This document shows positions 38,043-51,129 of a stretch of DNA of 64,000 bases, piece by piece (positions within the stretch are counted from its first letter, which is position 1; each line of letters starts with the position of its first letter). Under the pieces are notes generated by a model, which was given only the letters and a program-made list of their open reading frames with translations, had not been told where the DNA came from and made no database searches. The DNA is taken from the NCBI RefSeq assembly GCF_009914755.1, contig NC_060930.1; one strand, given 5' to 3'. The DNA is from the human T2T-CHM13v2.0 reference genome, Homo sapiens. A program made the position numbers and the translations under genes.

Positions 38043-39547
38043 ATGGGAAATACCCCAAGTAAGACAGAGAGTAAAAAGGATAAAGCTAACAGCAATGATA
38101 TTCCCCTTAATAGTCCTCTAGGTCTCATGTTAAAGTATTGGAAAGATAATGAAAGGACTAAGCATAAGAAAAAGCAACAAATGTTAAAATATTGTTGTTT
38201 TATTTGGACCTAGGAACTAATCCTCAAACCCTCAGTTTTCTGGCCAAAATTTGGGTCAAATGAGGATTGCATTTGTCAGCTTCTAATAGAACATGTTAAT
38301 AACAAGAGTCTAGTTTCCCAAGAAGAGATAGATTATGCTTTGTGTTGGCGACAAGGACCTGTTCTTCTCTACCCCCTAAAAGCTCTAAAAGATAAGCATA
38401 AGCCAGAGAATGTTTCCCCTAAGGAAACTGAAACTCTGAACTCCAAGCTCTCTATGCCTTGGGACCTGCTAGGTCACCTTCCCCCACCAAACACCCCTAT
38501 CTTTCCTCCCCTCAAGAGCTGCTGTCCCAGACCCTTCTCCTACCGCTATTGTTCCCCCTCCTTATAACCCTGCCTCTTGGAAATTGTCCCTAGAGCCCAC
38601 TCACTACGAGCCTAAGTACCCTTCCCTAAAGGGACTTCAAAGTGAAACAGCAATGTAAAGAAGATATTCAAAATTGCCCCTCCCCTTTTACCTCAGGGGA
38701 ATCAGCTCCAGCTCTCTTCCCCATTGAGGGAGGTGCCCCTAGGAGGAGGAGACATTGGCTTTGTAAATGTTCCTTTAACCATCTCAGAAGTATGAAACCT
38801 AAAAAGAGAGCTTAAGTTACTATTAGATGACCCTTATCGGGTAGCAAACCAAATTGACCAATTTCTAGGACCACAGTTATGTACCTGGGCTGAGCTAATG
38901 TTCATCCTAAGCATCCTCTTCTCAGGGGAAGAAAGAAGCACGATCCATAGGGCTGCTATGGTAGTCTGGGAATGTGAACACCCTCCCGGCCAAAATGTTC
39001 CTGCAGCAGATCGAAAATTCCCCACCCGAGACCCCTGGTGAGACAATAATAACGCATCCCACCAAGAAAATATGCAAGACCTTAGGGAAATGATAAAAAA
39101 AGGGATTAAAGAATCAGTCCCTCAAACCCAGAATCTTACCAGAGCATTTGTTATACAGCGAGGGGAAGATGAAGGGCCTATAGAATTTTTAGACCAATTA
39201 AAAGACAAATGAGAAAGTATGCTCATCTAGATCTCAAGGATCCTTTTGGGCAGGGAATGTTAAAATTTCATTTTGTACTAACAATTGGCCAGATATTTCA
39301 AAGAAATTATAAAAGATAGAAAATTAGAAAAACTGTCCCATGAGTGAATTTCTTAGGAAGGCTCAAAAAGTGTATGTAAGAAGGGCCAAAGAAAACCAGA
39401 AGCAGAAGGCAAGAATTCTGCTGTTCACCATACAACAAAGTACTCGGGGCCAGAACCTATAAAGAGCCTAGGCCCCAACTTTCCAGGCCATATAAAGAAC
39501 ACCAAAGAGCAAAACCTGGGAACTTAAAATTAGGAGAGGAAGAAAGG
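38043..39547 (+). pseudogene. gag: ERV gag relic (MA-CA), multiple stops/frameshifts
   Basis: MGNTPSK...IPLNSPLGLMLKYWKDNERTKHKKKQQMLKYCCFIWT; MHR-like IQRGEDEGPIEFLDQL near 39150. Confidence 0.85.
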
Positions 39548-39991
39548 ATCTCTTTAAAGGCTATAATGCTTTGAAAACTGTGTTGGCAGTGTGGCATGAC
39601 TGTTTCAAGTAGATAAAAGCTTGTCATTTTACCCCATCCTGGCATGACTGTGAAGCCGGTGAGGAAAGAGGAAGAAGGGCAAGTTCAGATGCCAGCTGGG
39701 TAGCTGGGACAGGTTGGCTGAGGGACCACTCGGGAGGTCTCTTGTGCCTGGCATTGCCCACTTCAGCCCAGTCACGTGTTTACAGCAACCAGAGTCCCTG
39801 CAAAGGTGTGGCTGGCTGTGGTCAGGGCCTACTAGCACCATCACCACACTCCCACCAGCGGCTTAGCTCCTCTCTGCCAGGCCAACTAAGAGTGCTTTGT
39901 CCTGGGTGGGACATGGGGGCTGATAGAGATGGGGGAAGACATAACACCCAGAAATGAAAACAGAGATTTAGAGAAGGAACCAGTTAAGTAT

Positions 39992-40610
39992 GAGACAGAA
40001 GTGAAATATAAAAACTGATCAGCTAGTACCAAATTTCTGTTAATTCTGGAAGCAAGGACAAATCTATTAGGAAGAGATTTAATGCTAAAATTAGGCTTAG
40101 GCCTCCAAATCAATCATGGAAAATTCCTCCCCTTCCTAAACTTGCTCACCACTGCAGACGAAGAACACATTCATCCTGAGGTATGGTCAAAAGACAGGAA
40201 TTGGGAACGTTACAGATTCCTTTGATTCATGTTAAATTAAAAATCCCTAGGGAAGTAGTAAAGAGAAAGCAATACCCTAATCCTTTAGAAGCCAGGGTAA
40301 ATTTAAAACCTATAATTAAAGGTCTTCTCCATGATGGGCTTCTTGAACCCTGTATGTCTCCCTATAACACTCCAATACTGCCTGTAAGCAGCCAGATGGG
40401 TCATACCGGTTAGTGTAAGACCTTAGAGCTGTTAATCAGATAGTCCAAACTACACACGCTGTTGTTCCCAATCCTTACACTGTTATCAGTAGGATCCCAT
40501 ACAGCCACCAGTGGTTTATAGTAATAGATTTAAAAGATGCCTTCTGGGCTTGTCCATTAGCAGAGGACAGCTGGGACCTATTTGCTTTTAATTGGGAAAA
40601 CCATCACTCA
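39992..40610 (+). pseudogene. pol: ERV protease C-terminus plus RT N-terminus relic
   Basis: NLLGRDLMLKLGL; GLLEPCMSPYNTPILPV; VIDLKDAFWACPL...LFAFNW. Confidence 0.85.
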
Positions 40611-40940
40611 ATTTCTCAAAAACTGATATTAGGTCTGTCTTCTGCCCTCTCCTCCCTCAAGACTCAAGGCATTCTAGCCCAGACTCCACCTCTTGAATTT
40701 CCAGTTCACCACCACCAGCCTGGAGATCACGTCCTCATCAGGAGTTGGAAAGAAAGGAGGCTCAAGCCCACTTGGGAAGGACCTTTTTTAGTGCTCTTAA
40801 CAACTAAGACAGCAGTTCAGACCACCAAGAAGGGCTGGGCTCATCACACTCGAGTTAAGTGGGCACCACCCTTCCCAGAATCATGGACCATTGTTCCAGG
40901 ACCAACTCCTACCAAGCTAAGGCTAAAGTGGTTTAACCCT
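40611..40940 (+). pseudogene. pol: ERV integrase C-terminus relic
   Basis: PGDHVLIRSWKERRLKPTWEGPFLVLLTTKTAV...GWAHHTRVK (GPY/F module). Confidence 0.8.
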
Positions 40941-42645
40941 CTTATTCTGTATTTCTTTCCTTCCCCCTTCTATCACTAATCCCCTTATCATTAATGTAAC
41001 CAAGTCAAGCTCACCCCAAACTATTACCTTTGATGCTTGCCTTGTTATACCCTGCAGAGATTTGTCAAGTCAAAAGCAACTCTCCACCTCAGAAAAGTAT
41101 CTCTGTCCTTCCTGGCTGTCCTCAGATTGGGCATTTGTTAACTGGGATAAATTAGTTTGGGAAGAGTTTGACGAAGATTCCAATATGAACTGGGAATCTA
41201 GTCCTCTTAGAGCAGAGCTTCTCTGCCGAAGTTGGTCCAATGTTCTATGAAATACTAAAGGGCAAGGATGACCTCCCCAACTAGTACTTACAGTTTCTTA
41301 AAACCATATATTCATTTTACTAAAGGGATTACCCCTCCCAATTGTCAGCTGAACCAATGTAATCCAGCACAGATTACTATCTGTGCTCCCCAGAGTTCTT
41401 CCCCTTCATTAAGCCATTTCTATGGTATAGGAGCATAAGTCTCAGGGAAGGACCCCATAGGATCCTTTGAAATGTGCTTCACTGCTTCCCCACCTCCTGC
41501 ATCCCCTTCTCGCTCTCCTAAGTTCTCTGCTAACCAAACCTTTTCTCATTATATACCCAATGATAAAACCAGAGTAGCTGTTGTAGAGGTTAAAGATTTA
41601 AAACAAATTATAGCAATTGAAACAGGGTATCAGGACGCAAATGCTTGGCTGGAATGGATTAAATATTCTGTTCACATGCTAAACAAAAGCAACTGTTACT
41701 CTTGTGCAACAGGCAGGCCAGAGACCCACATTGTCCCCTTTCCACTTGGGCGGTCCTGTCACCGAGGAGGCATGAGCTGTATGATAGCCCTCTTCCAGAA
41801 CCCCATAGCCTGAGGCGATGAGTCATGCAAGACTCTTTCACTGCTGTTCCCTGAGGTCAAGAGCCCTGCAGGTCAGCCCCTGAGGGCCATCCGGCCTCCA
41901 GCTCCTAATATTAACTTCACCTCGTGCCTTTCACAGCAGGGGGAAACGTTTGCATTCCTTGGAGACTTAACAGGGTGCAGTGATACCAAGCCTTTTCAAG
42001 AGCTTACCAATCAGTCTGCCCTTGTTCATCCCTGAACGAATGTGTGGTGGTATTGCGGAGGACTATTGTTGGGTACTCTGCCAATTCACTGGAGTGGCAC
42101 TTACGCTCTAATTCAACTGGCTATCCCTTTCATCTTGGCACTTCATCAACCAAGAAAGTTGAAAACAGAATGTTATAAAAAGAGAGATGTCTCTCAAGGA
42201 TCCTTTGATCCTCATGTTTATATAGATGCTATTGGAGTACCACAAGGGTTACCAGATGAATTCAAAGCCTGAAATCAAATAGCTGCAGGATTCAAGTCTA
42301 TATTGTTCTGGTGGTCAACTGTAAACAAGAATGTAGCTTAGATAAATTATGTCTATTATAATCAACAACACTGTGTTAATTATACTAGATATACTATTAA
42401 AGGAATACTTGAACAATTAGGCCCTACCAGCCAAATGGCCTGGGAAAATAGAATAGCCCTTGACATGATATTAGCTAAAAAAAAAAAAAGGTAGGGTTTG
42501 TGTCATGATTGAAGTCCAATATTGTACTTTTATTCCCAATAACACTGACCCTGATGGAACAATAACAAAAGCCTTACAAGGCCTTACCCTGTTATCAAAT
42601 GAGTTAGCTAACAATTCTGGAATATATGACCCCTTTACAAGCCTC
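40940..42645 (+). pseudogene. env: ERV env relic (SU plus TM ectodomain, truncated)
   Basis: ITFDACLVIPC; NKSNCYSC (CXXC); basic cleavage-site-like KKR|DV; ISD WENRIALDMILA; CTFIPNNT. Confidence 0.85.
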
Positions 42646-43254
42646 ATAATAGCAGTAGATAATACCCAGAAAGTAGCAACCCTATGCCATCTGTGCTTCC
42701 CAGAAACCCCCAAGACAGTGCATCTGAAACAAAAAAGGAAAAGATGGAAGACCAAACTGTGGGTGATCATATTTAAAGGGTCATAAACAATTATGGTGTC
42801 ATTTGTAATGGAGAAAAAGTCTTTAACATCGTTTAAGAAATGTTAGACTACCAGCGTTATCCACTGACTGCCTAGACAATCAAATCGACAATTGATCAGA
42901 CTCTGCTTCATTGTATCTTTTCTTTTGTTGCCTAAAATAATTGGCTCCCAACTGGTGAGACAAAAATCATTGGTGGGGCTTCAAATCCCTTTGCACAGCA
43001 CAAATCATCTGTGGATTTAGTAAATACTTCCAACATATTATATACATTACTATTTTTCATATTGGTATTAATAAGATTAATAAAATACAAATCCAGTAGA
43101 AGGCATTACTAAAAGTTATTGACTACTTTTTTTCATCTATTTCCTCAAGCAGTGGATGCTAAAAAATTCCAAATCCTATTATAAATTTATGTCTTTCATA
43201 CTAAATGATATTGTTACTTTCCTCTAATTACAAAAATAATGGCTTCTTATCTAA

Positions 43255-43460
43255 CATTCACTGATCAGTTATTATGTGCCCAGTAATATGTGAAGCCCTT
43301 CACATGAAATATCTCAATTTATCCTCATCACAATTTTACAAGGTAGGCATCATCATAACCCTCATTTTATAGATAAAGAAGCTGAGGCTTGAAGAGTTTT
43401 GGTAACTCACCTGCATTCAAATAGGCAACAAGAGAGAGAGCCAGGCTGTAAAAGCAGATT
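43255..43460 (-). mobile_element. MIR
   Basis: TATCCTCATCACAATTTTACAAGGTAGG...CATTTTATAGATAAAGAAGCTGAGGCTTG. Confidence 0.7.
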
Positions 43461-43809
43461 GACCTGTACCTTAATTACACATAATATGGCCTCATGTGCT
43501 CTATCAGAAAATAGAGAAAACTGGAGAGTATAAAGTAAATATCTCTCATAATCCTGCTAATCAGACATAGGACTGGTAGATAACATGTTAGGTTGTGTCC
43601 TTCTAGTCATTTTATTAGATGTTTGTCCCCCTACTGAAGTGGTTTTAGGCAGCACATTTTGTTTTGTATTTTCACACAGCATCTACATAGACAAAAATGT
43701 TTTTCTAGTATATTATGCATTTTGCAGTGTGTGGTTGAACTATGTTTTATCTGACCATTCTTGTGTACATTTAGGTAGTTTCCAACATTCATTATCATAA
43801 ATAATGTTA

Positions 43810-44258
43810 TGTGGCAGATTATAAAACTTGCCCGCATAGTATCCCCATTGTCAAGAAGTGGAGCCTATTTCTCCACTCCTCAAATCTGCACTGGCTGTGT
43901 GACGTACTTTGGCCAACACTGCTTGTGTCCGCAAGTGTACCCAGCAGAGACTTGGCGTGAGCTGCACACTGGGACTGGCTCTCTTGCTGCTCTTGGGACC
44001 CCATGATGGCCATCGTGTGAAGAAGTCCAGGCTTGCCTGCTGCCCCATCAGCCCTGCCAACAGGTTGCCAACCACCACGCCTGTGGTTAGCCTCCATCAT
44101 CCAGCGCCCTCCAATTCGCCATCCTCTCCCAGACACCCAGCAGGGACTGGACAAGCTACCCAGATGAGGAGAACCACACAGCTGACCCACACAACTGTGA
44201 ACTAATTACATGGCTGCTATAAGATTTGGGGTCGTTGGTTAACAGCAAAAGCTAATAC
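43810..44258 (+). mobile_element. MaLR solo LTR (MLT1G/H-like)
   Basis: TGTGGCAGATTATA...GTGGAGCCTATTTCTCCACTCCTCAAATCTG...ACAGCAAAAGCTAATACA. Confidence 0.75.
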
Positions 44259-44916
44259 ATACTGCAGTGAATAATCATGAATATACAAGTTTATACAAGT
44301 TTAAGAGTAGAAGTTACAATACAGAATGAGAGATGGAGTGAGGTTTAAGAATGGGATGAGGTTCAGGGATGAAGGAAGAATAGAGGAGGCTCAAGGAGAA
44401 GAGGAGGACAGGAATGGGATAGAGTCCTAGATGAGAAGAGAGTTTAGGATGGAGATGGCAGGCTCCAGAATCAGTGAGGATATCTATGTGCATTTACTTG
44501 ATAATTTTCAAAATCTGAACGTTTATTGATTTGTTTATTAAGCTGCATCAAAATGTCATTTGCAGAGAGTGTATATTCCCCATATACTCATCCAAAACAT
44601 TGATTATTCTTTTTCCTCCTTGCCAGTGTGATAAGTGAGAATGATACCTGCATGTCTGGGTTTTGCACTCTGCAATTAATAGTGGCATTGAATTTCTTTC
44701 CACGTGGTTACCGTCCTTTTGCTCTCCTGTTTGTGTCTGGCCCATTTTGCCAAATTTTTTCATGCCTTTTCCAAGTCAATCTCCAACCCACCCCTGGTAC
44801 CAGGCAACTATTGTTGTGCGTTTTTCTGTCATTACAGATTAAAATTGTCTGAGCTTTTTAAAAATATTCCATTGCTTTGCACATCCACTTATTTTATGGT
44901 TAGTGTTTTTTCTAGC

Positions 44917-45170
44917 TTTTTTAAGTTTTATTTTTTAATTGATGTATAATAATTGTACCTATTCATAGGGTATATAGTGATGTTTTGATATCCGTAATGC
45001 ATAATGATCAGATCAGGGTAATTAGCATATCCATCATCTCAACCATGTGTCATTTCTTTGTGTTGGGAACATTCCATACCTCCTTCTAGCTATTGAAATT
45101 ACATGATGTATTATTGTTAACTATAGTCATCCTACAGTGCTGTAGAACACTAGTGCCTATTCCTCCCGTC
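44917..45170 (-). mobile_element. L1MA-like 3' end
   Basis: GATCAGATCAGGGTAATTAGCATATCCATCATCTCAA...CCTACAGTGCTGTAGAACACTAG. Confidence 0.85.
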
Positions 45171-45653
45171 TTTCTTAATGTCTAGGCTTTTTGATAAATA
45201 AAATGTATTTTAATCTTTCTTTTGTTAAATTGAACAAACTTTCTTTAACTGTGTTAGTTAAAACTGCCTTTCCCACACCAAATTTACATAGAGATTCACC
45301 CTATATTTTCTTCTGTTCATTTTTACATTTAACTTTTAGGGCATCTTGGATATATTTTAATATATACTATGAAGCATCTATTGTTATTATTTCACAAGAG
45401 TTTATCAGTTATCCCATATTATCTTGTCCCACTGACCACACACTCAGACACACACACACACAAATACTTGGATCTGTTTCTATTATCTTTTTTGATCCTA
45501 CATTGTTACAGACTTTTATCATTGCAATATCTGAATAACTGGTAGTATAAGCACACTGTCTCTCTAACCAATGCTTATTCCTTTTTTTTCAATATTTTCC
45601 TGGCAGTTCTTGCCCATTTATTCTTCCCAATGAACTGTAGAATCAGTTTATCA

Positions 45654-46259
<606 letters not shown>

Positions 46260-46263
46260 CCTG

Positions 46264-46673
46264 GTAAATTTGTTTAAGTTCTTTGTAGATTCTGGATATT
46301 AGACCTTTGTCAGATGGGTAGATTGGAAATTTTTTCTACCATTCTGCAGGGACATGGATGAAGCTGGAAACCATCATTCTCAGCAAACTAACACAAGAAC
46401 AGAAAACCAAACACCACATGTTCTCACTCATAAGTGGGAGTTGAACAATGAGAACACATGGACACAGGGAGGAGATCATCACCTACCAGGCCTGGCAGGG
46501 GGTGGGGGCTAAGGGGAGGGAGGGCATTAGGACAAATACCTAATGCATGTGGGGCTTAAAACCTAGATGACGGGTTGTTAGGTGCAGCAAACCACCGTGG
46601 CACATGTATACCTATGTAACAAACCTGCACGTTCTGCACATGTATCCCAGAACTTAAAGTAAAATTTAAAAAA
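46264..46673 (+). mobile_element. 5'-inverted, truncated L1PA
   Basis: Antisense ORF2 piece 46264-46346 fused to sense 3' end (CAGGGACATGGATGAAGCTGG...AACTTAAAGTAAAA). Confidence 0.88.
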
Positions 46674-47399
46674 GAGATATAATTGTCATAAATGCAAAAA
46701 TGAACATATAAACAAAAACTTGGGAGCCATGATTTTTAATCATTATTTACATTTTTATTTCCTTAAGTCTTATTTGTCCAAGTAGACTGTAGGCTTCCTA
46801 AGGACAATGGTCATATATTGGAATAAAAGTCTTTGTCATCTCCACAATGCCTGGCACACAGATGATGCCTAGTGAATGTGTGTTGACATAGCAACCACTC
46901 CCTGGAAATCTATGTCACCAGACGCTTTTTAAAAATAAATATGTTTAAACTATCTATGAAAAGAAAGAAATAGCAGTGTATATATACTACACATCTAATT
47001 TCCACAAAGCTGGTGAAATAGTTTAAAAATTTAAATGTGCATCAACATTTACATGATTCTACATAAAATAAATTAACAGATCAAATTTGAAGTTTAATGC
47101 CAAAAAAACTGTCCAATGTCTTTTTTTGTACTTGGCTTTGATTGTTATGTTGAATATTGCTAAGTTAGGTAAGCCATTACTTGGACTTTGCATTATGTTA
47201 CATTTTGTGTGTATGCTTGTGATGAAACTTAGTAAGATTGACTTCTGTTATAAGAATGTCTCCATATACAAAATTTTAAAACAAAATCTTAAGAAAGGTA
47301 AGCTAAATCTATATAGCTGATTCACAGTACTGACTTTTTAATTTTGACTACATTCATTTGTTAGAGAATTCCATAAGGGCAGAGCTGAAAGTGCCCTAG

Positions 47400-47500
47400 A
47401 GAGCCAATTCCTTCATTTAACTGACCAGGAAACTGAGACCTAGAAAAGTAAGGTCAAGGCCATATAGTTAGTTGATGGCAGAGCTGGGACTAGAATCAAC
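47400..47500 (-). mobile_element. MIR
   Basis: GGAAACTGAGACCTAGAAAAG...CAAGGCCATATAGTTAGTTGATGGCAGAGCTGGGACTAGAA. Confidence 0.6.
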
Positions 47501-48604
47501 TCTTTTCCTTCTCACCCTAGTAATGAGATTCCAAACTTGTTGCCCTTCTCTCAAGATCAAATTAATTTAAAGTTCCTTTTTTAGAAGCAGGCTTTGTAAA
47601 ATTTTTGCCCTTGTTTTTGGGAGAAGGTTGTCATTAGATGAAACTAATTAACAACAAGGGCCCTAAAACTCTCAAAAGATAAGTTTTTGCAAAAAGCTAA
47701 ATCTGCTTTTTTAGAAAGACCAAGATCACTTTCAATACAAAATGGCAGCTCAATAAAGCCATTGACAAAATACAGAATGGGCATAAAAGTCAAAAGAGGC
47801 AGACAGAGAAAAATGTGGCAGTACTTGCCCAAGGAGAAGTGACTTTCAATAGACACTATAAATGGACAAATCCATCAAGCTGACAGAGAGGGTGGAGCTG
47901 GAAGACAGCAGGAGGCACATCGGGTGGTACTGAGGGAGAAAGGAGGAAGCATGAAAAACATTTCGAACAGCTCTCCACTTCACAGGATTTCACAAGCCAC
48001 TTCAACTACTGAGATATATTGAGGAGGTTCCCATCTGGTGAAGAAGACAGCTTTATGACCTAGAGTGTAAACAATGCAAACAGAAGGAAAATGCCTCCAA
48101 TCAAAGGCAATGCAGCCAGAAGGCTGTCTGTCCACAGACCGTTCATTGACTCCAGTCAGGTAAAGGTGAGTCACGAAAGATCAATGTCAGGTAGGCAACA
48201 CATAGCTCTCTAAATTTAGTCCAGCAAGAGAGAAGTTTATAGATCCAGGCATTATGTGTCAAGCAAAAGGGAAATACTTATGTTCAGTCTCCTTTTCGAG
48301 AAATAAATACCAAGAAGAGTGCAAAATAGTCAGAACCCACCCATAAAGATAAAGTTCTAGGAAGCTCCAGAAACCTTACGTACACTAACAGTTTTCTAAC
48401 ACTTGCAGTTGTCAATAAAATGAAGCTTAGCTTATTTCACCATCATCTTTTTACAGATTGGGGTAAAAAGAGTATTTTCTCATAGGGACAAAAGTAATAA
48501 ACATGGAAGTTGTTCCCTGGGGACCAGGATTCTCTGGCACATCTGAGTTATTTAGCTTGAAGTATTACAATGAATGTATTTGTAAAAAGCAAGGCAAAAT
48601 TTCA

Positions 48605-50045
48605 AGTGGATTGTAGATTTAAATGTGAAAGGCAAAAGAATAAAGCTTCTATTGAATAACAGGGAAATATCTTCATAGCTCTTGGGGTAGACAAATATTT
48701 CTCTAGCAGGACATGCAAAGAACAGTGACCATAAAGGAAAGTGATAATTTGAACTATGTTAAAATTAAGAACTTCTGATGAACAAAAGGCACCACTGGGG
48801 AGAGATTGAAAAAGCAAGCCACAGGATGGGAGAAGACATTTGTGATACATATATCCAACAAAAGTTCTGTTGAATATATAAAGAACTCCTGTGGAATATA
48901 TATATATATATTCATTCCTTATATATTCTGTTGAGTATATAAAGAACTCCTAGAATATATAAGGAACTCCTACGAATCAATTAGAAAAGACAGATAAGCT
49001 AATTAAAAAATAGTGGTAAAAGACTTGAGCAGATGCTTCATCAGAGAGGATATCAACATGACCAATAAACATATGAAAAAAATGTATGGCAAGGAAATGC
49101 AAATTAAACTCCAACGAGAGAGAAAAAAAAAAAAAAGGAAACTCCAATGAGATTCCACCAAACACACACCAGAATGGCGAACATGAAAAAAACTGTTGGT
49201 AAAGATGTAAAGTCATTGGGACACTAATACCCTGCTGGTGAGAATGGAAACTGGAGCAATTGCTTTGGAAACTCTTCTGACAGTAGCTACTAAACTTGAA
49301 TACAAGAATATCCTATGATTCAGCAAGTCAACTCCTGGATTTACATTACAAATATGCACCAAAAGAATGTACCTCCAAGAAAGCTCAGAGAAGCATTCAT
49401 GGAGCAAATAATAAATATAATTATATTCACTATAATTATCTAAACATTATAAATATAAATATTATATTGTTTTCATTATCACCCCAAAATGAAAACAAAC
49501 TCCATGCATTCATCAACAATAGAATGGATAAATAAACTGTAATATATTCATGTAATGGAATACTACACTGTGATGAAAAGGAACAAACTACTGTTACTAT
49601 GACACGGGGGGATCTCTCAAACGTGACATTGGACAAAAGAGACCAGGCACAGAATAGTACACATACAATTCCATTTATATGAAGTTCAAAAACAGGTAAA
49701 ACTTACTCCTATGGTGCTAGAAATAAGGATCATAGTGTCATTTTGGGGATGGGTGGGGGTGAATTGGAGGGGCGCATGCAGGGTTCTTGGGGTACTGATA
49801 ATATTCTGTCTTCTAATCTGGGATGGATTACACAGGAATGTTTGCTTTGTGAAAATTCACTGAGCTGTGTGTTTAGTATTTGTGTACTTTTCTATAGTAT
49901 ATACCTCAATTAAAAATCTGTCTAAAATTGGTGCACGACAATGTGAATGTACTTAACACTATTGAACTATATTCTTAAAACTGTTAAAATGATCAATTGT
50001 ATGTTACATGTATTTTATCAAAACTATAAAAAGATTTTTAAAAGA
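48605..50045 (+). mobile_element. Old L1M (L1ME/MD-like) 3' region
   Basis: GTGGATTGTAGATTTAAATGTGAAAGG...TGGGAGAAGACATTTG...AATTCCATTTATATGAAGTTCAAAAACAGG. Confidence 0.8.
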
Positions 50046-51129
50046 ATGAACCAACTTCACTGATACCTTGATTTGACTTCTGGCCTCCAGGGTCATGCGA
50101 TGCAGCCATATTTACTTCCAGTGAGTTCCCAAATCAGTATTTTTTAGGCTCAACTTAGTTTCTTATGTATGTAACATCTGCCACCAAAAGTAAATATTTT
50201 CTAACTGGAAAAAAATAAATTTAAATAAAGGAGTTTCCCTGCATACTCTAGTGCTAATAGGAAAAAATACGGCAGTCCATCAGAGCTCACCAAGCTCGGT
50301 GATTGGATCAACTCTGCCAGAGTGTGAAATCAAGCAAGTAGACTTAAAATCTCAGCTTCTCCCTCCCTCTGTGCCGACAGGCCCCTGGAGGGAAGTTCAG
50401 CTGGACGAAGTTCACAGGCCTGGGGATGCCTACTGAGACAAAGCCCTTGCCAGCTGTTGTTTTCCTCACCCTCATAGTGTAGGAACTGAAGCCAGGGCTG
50501 ACCTCAGCAGCTGTCCCCACAGATCATGTCTAGAGCACACTAAAGGGTTGGACCAACCCCAGATCACAGACAGCTCCACAAGGTCACAGTTCCAGCCCTG
50601 CAACTGACCTCACCAGCAGCATTGTTTAGAGCACTCAGCATTGTTTGCAAGAAGTTTGTCTAAAGTTTGTCGTGTAACCGTGCTCATCAAACATCCCGTC
50701 CATCCATCCATCCACGCATTTATTCACCCAACAAATATTTGTTGAGTATATGTTTGAGGCCCTCTCCTTGGTTCTGCCAGAGAAAGCTCTAGCCTCCACG
50801 GAGACTGTCTTATATTTTTAGAGGTGTCAAAGCTTCAATTTGAAGGACAACATAAGATACGGATATCCTCTGGATGGAATTGACAGGACACATACAAAAA
50901 ATAGACTTCTGTACCTTTCCCTTAGATGTTCCATCCTCCTCCCTAACCACTGCTTGTGTCTGCTTTCAGCATGTGAAGTAGGCAGGAGGAGCAGAGAGCA
51001 GAGGAGGCTTAATTTCAGCCCTCACTTGGATCAAGGGGTACAGTAAAACCTGTCCTCTTAGGGTAATAGGCACTCTTGGGATTCACTGTATGTGACTTCT
51101 CCAAACCAGCTCTTTTCTGGGAAAGAAAC

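Larger units (their letters stand above)
37319..42645 (+). mobile_element. Defective class I ERV internal region (HERV-I/HERVIP10-like), 3' LTR absent
   Basis: Leader, gag, partial pro/RT, integrase C-terminus and env recognisable in order. Confidence 0.9.

Noticed and set aside
40940-42645. Domesticated (syncytin-like) env
   Set aside because: Many stops and frameshifts, an A-run expansion after the ISD (~42476) and no transmembrane anchor
44330-44470. Purine-rich quasi-periodic tract (GGGATGAGG/GGATGGAG)
   Set aside because: Too degenerate to define a unit; treated as low complexity
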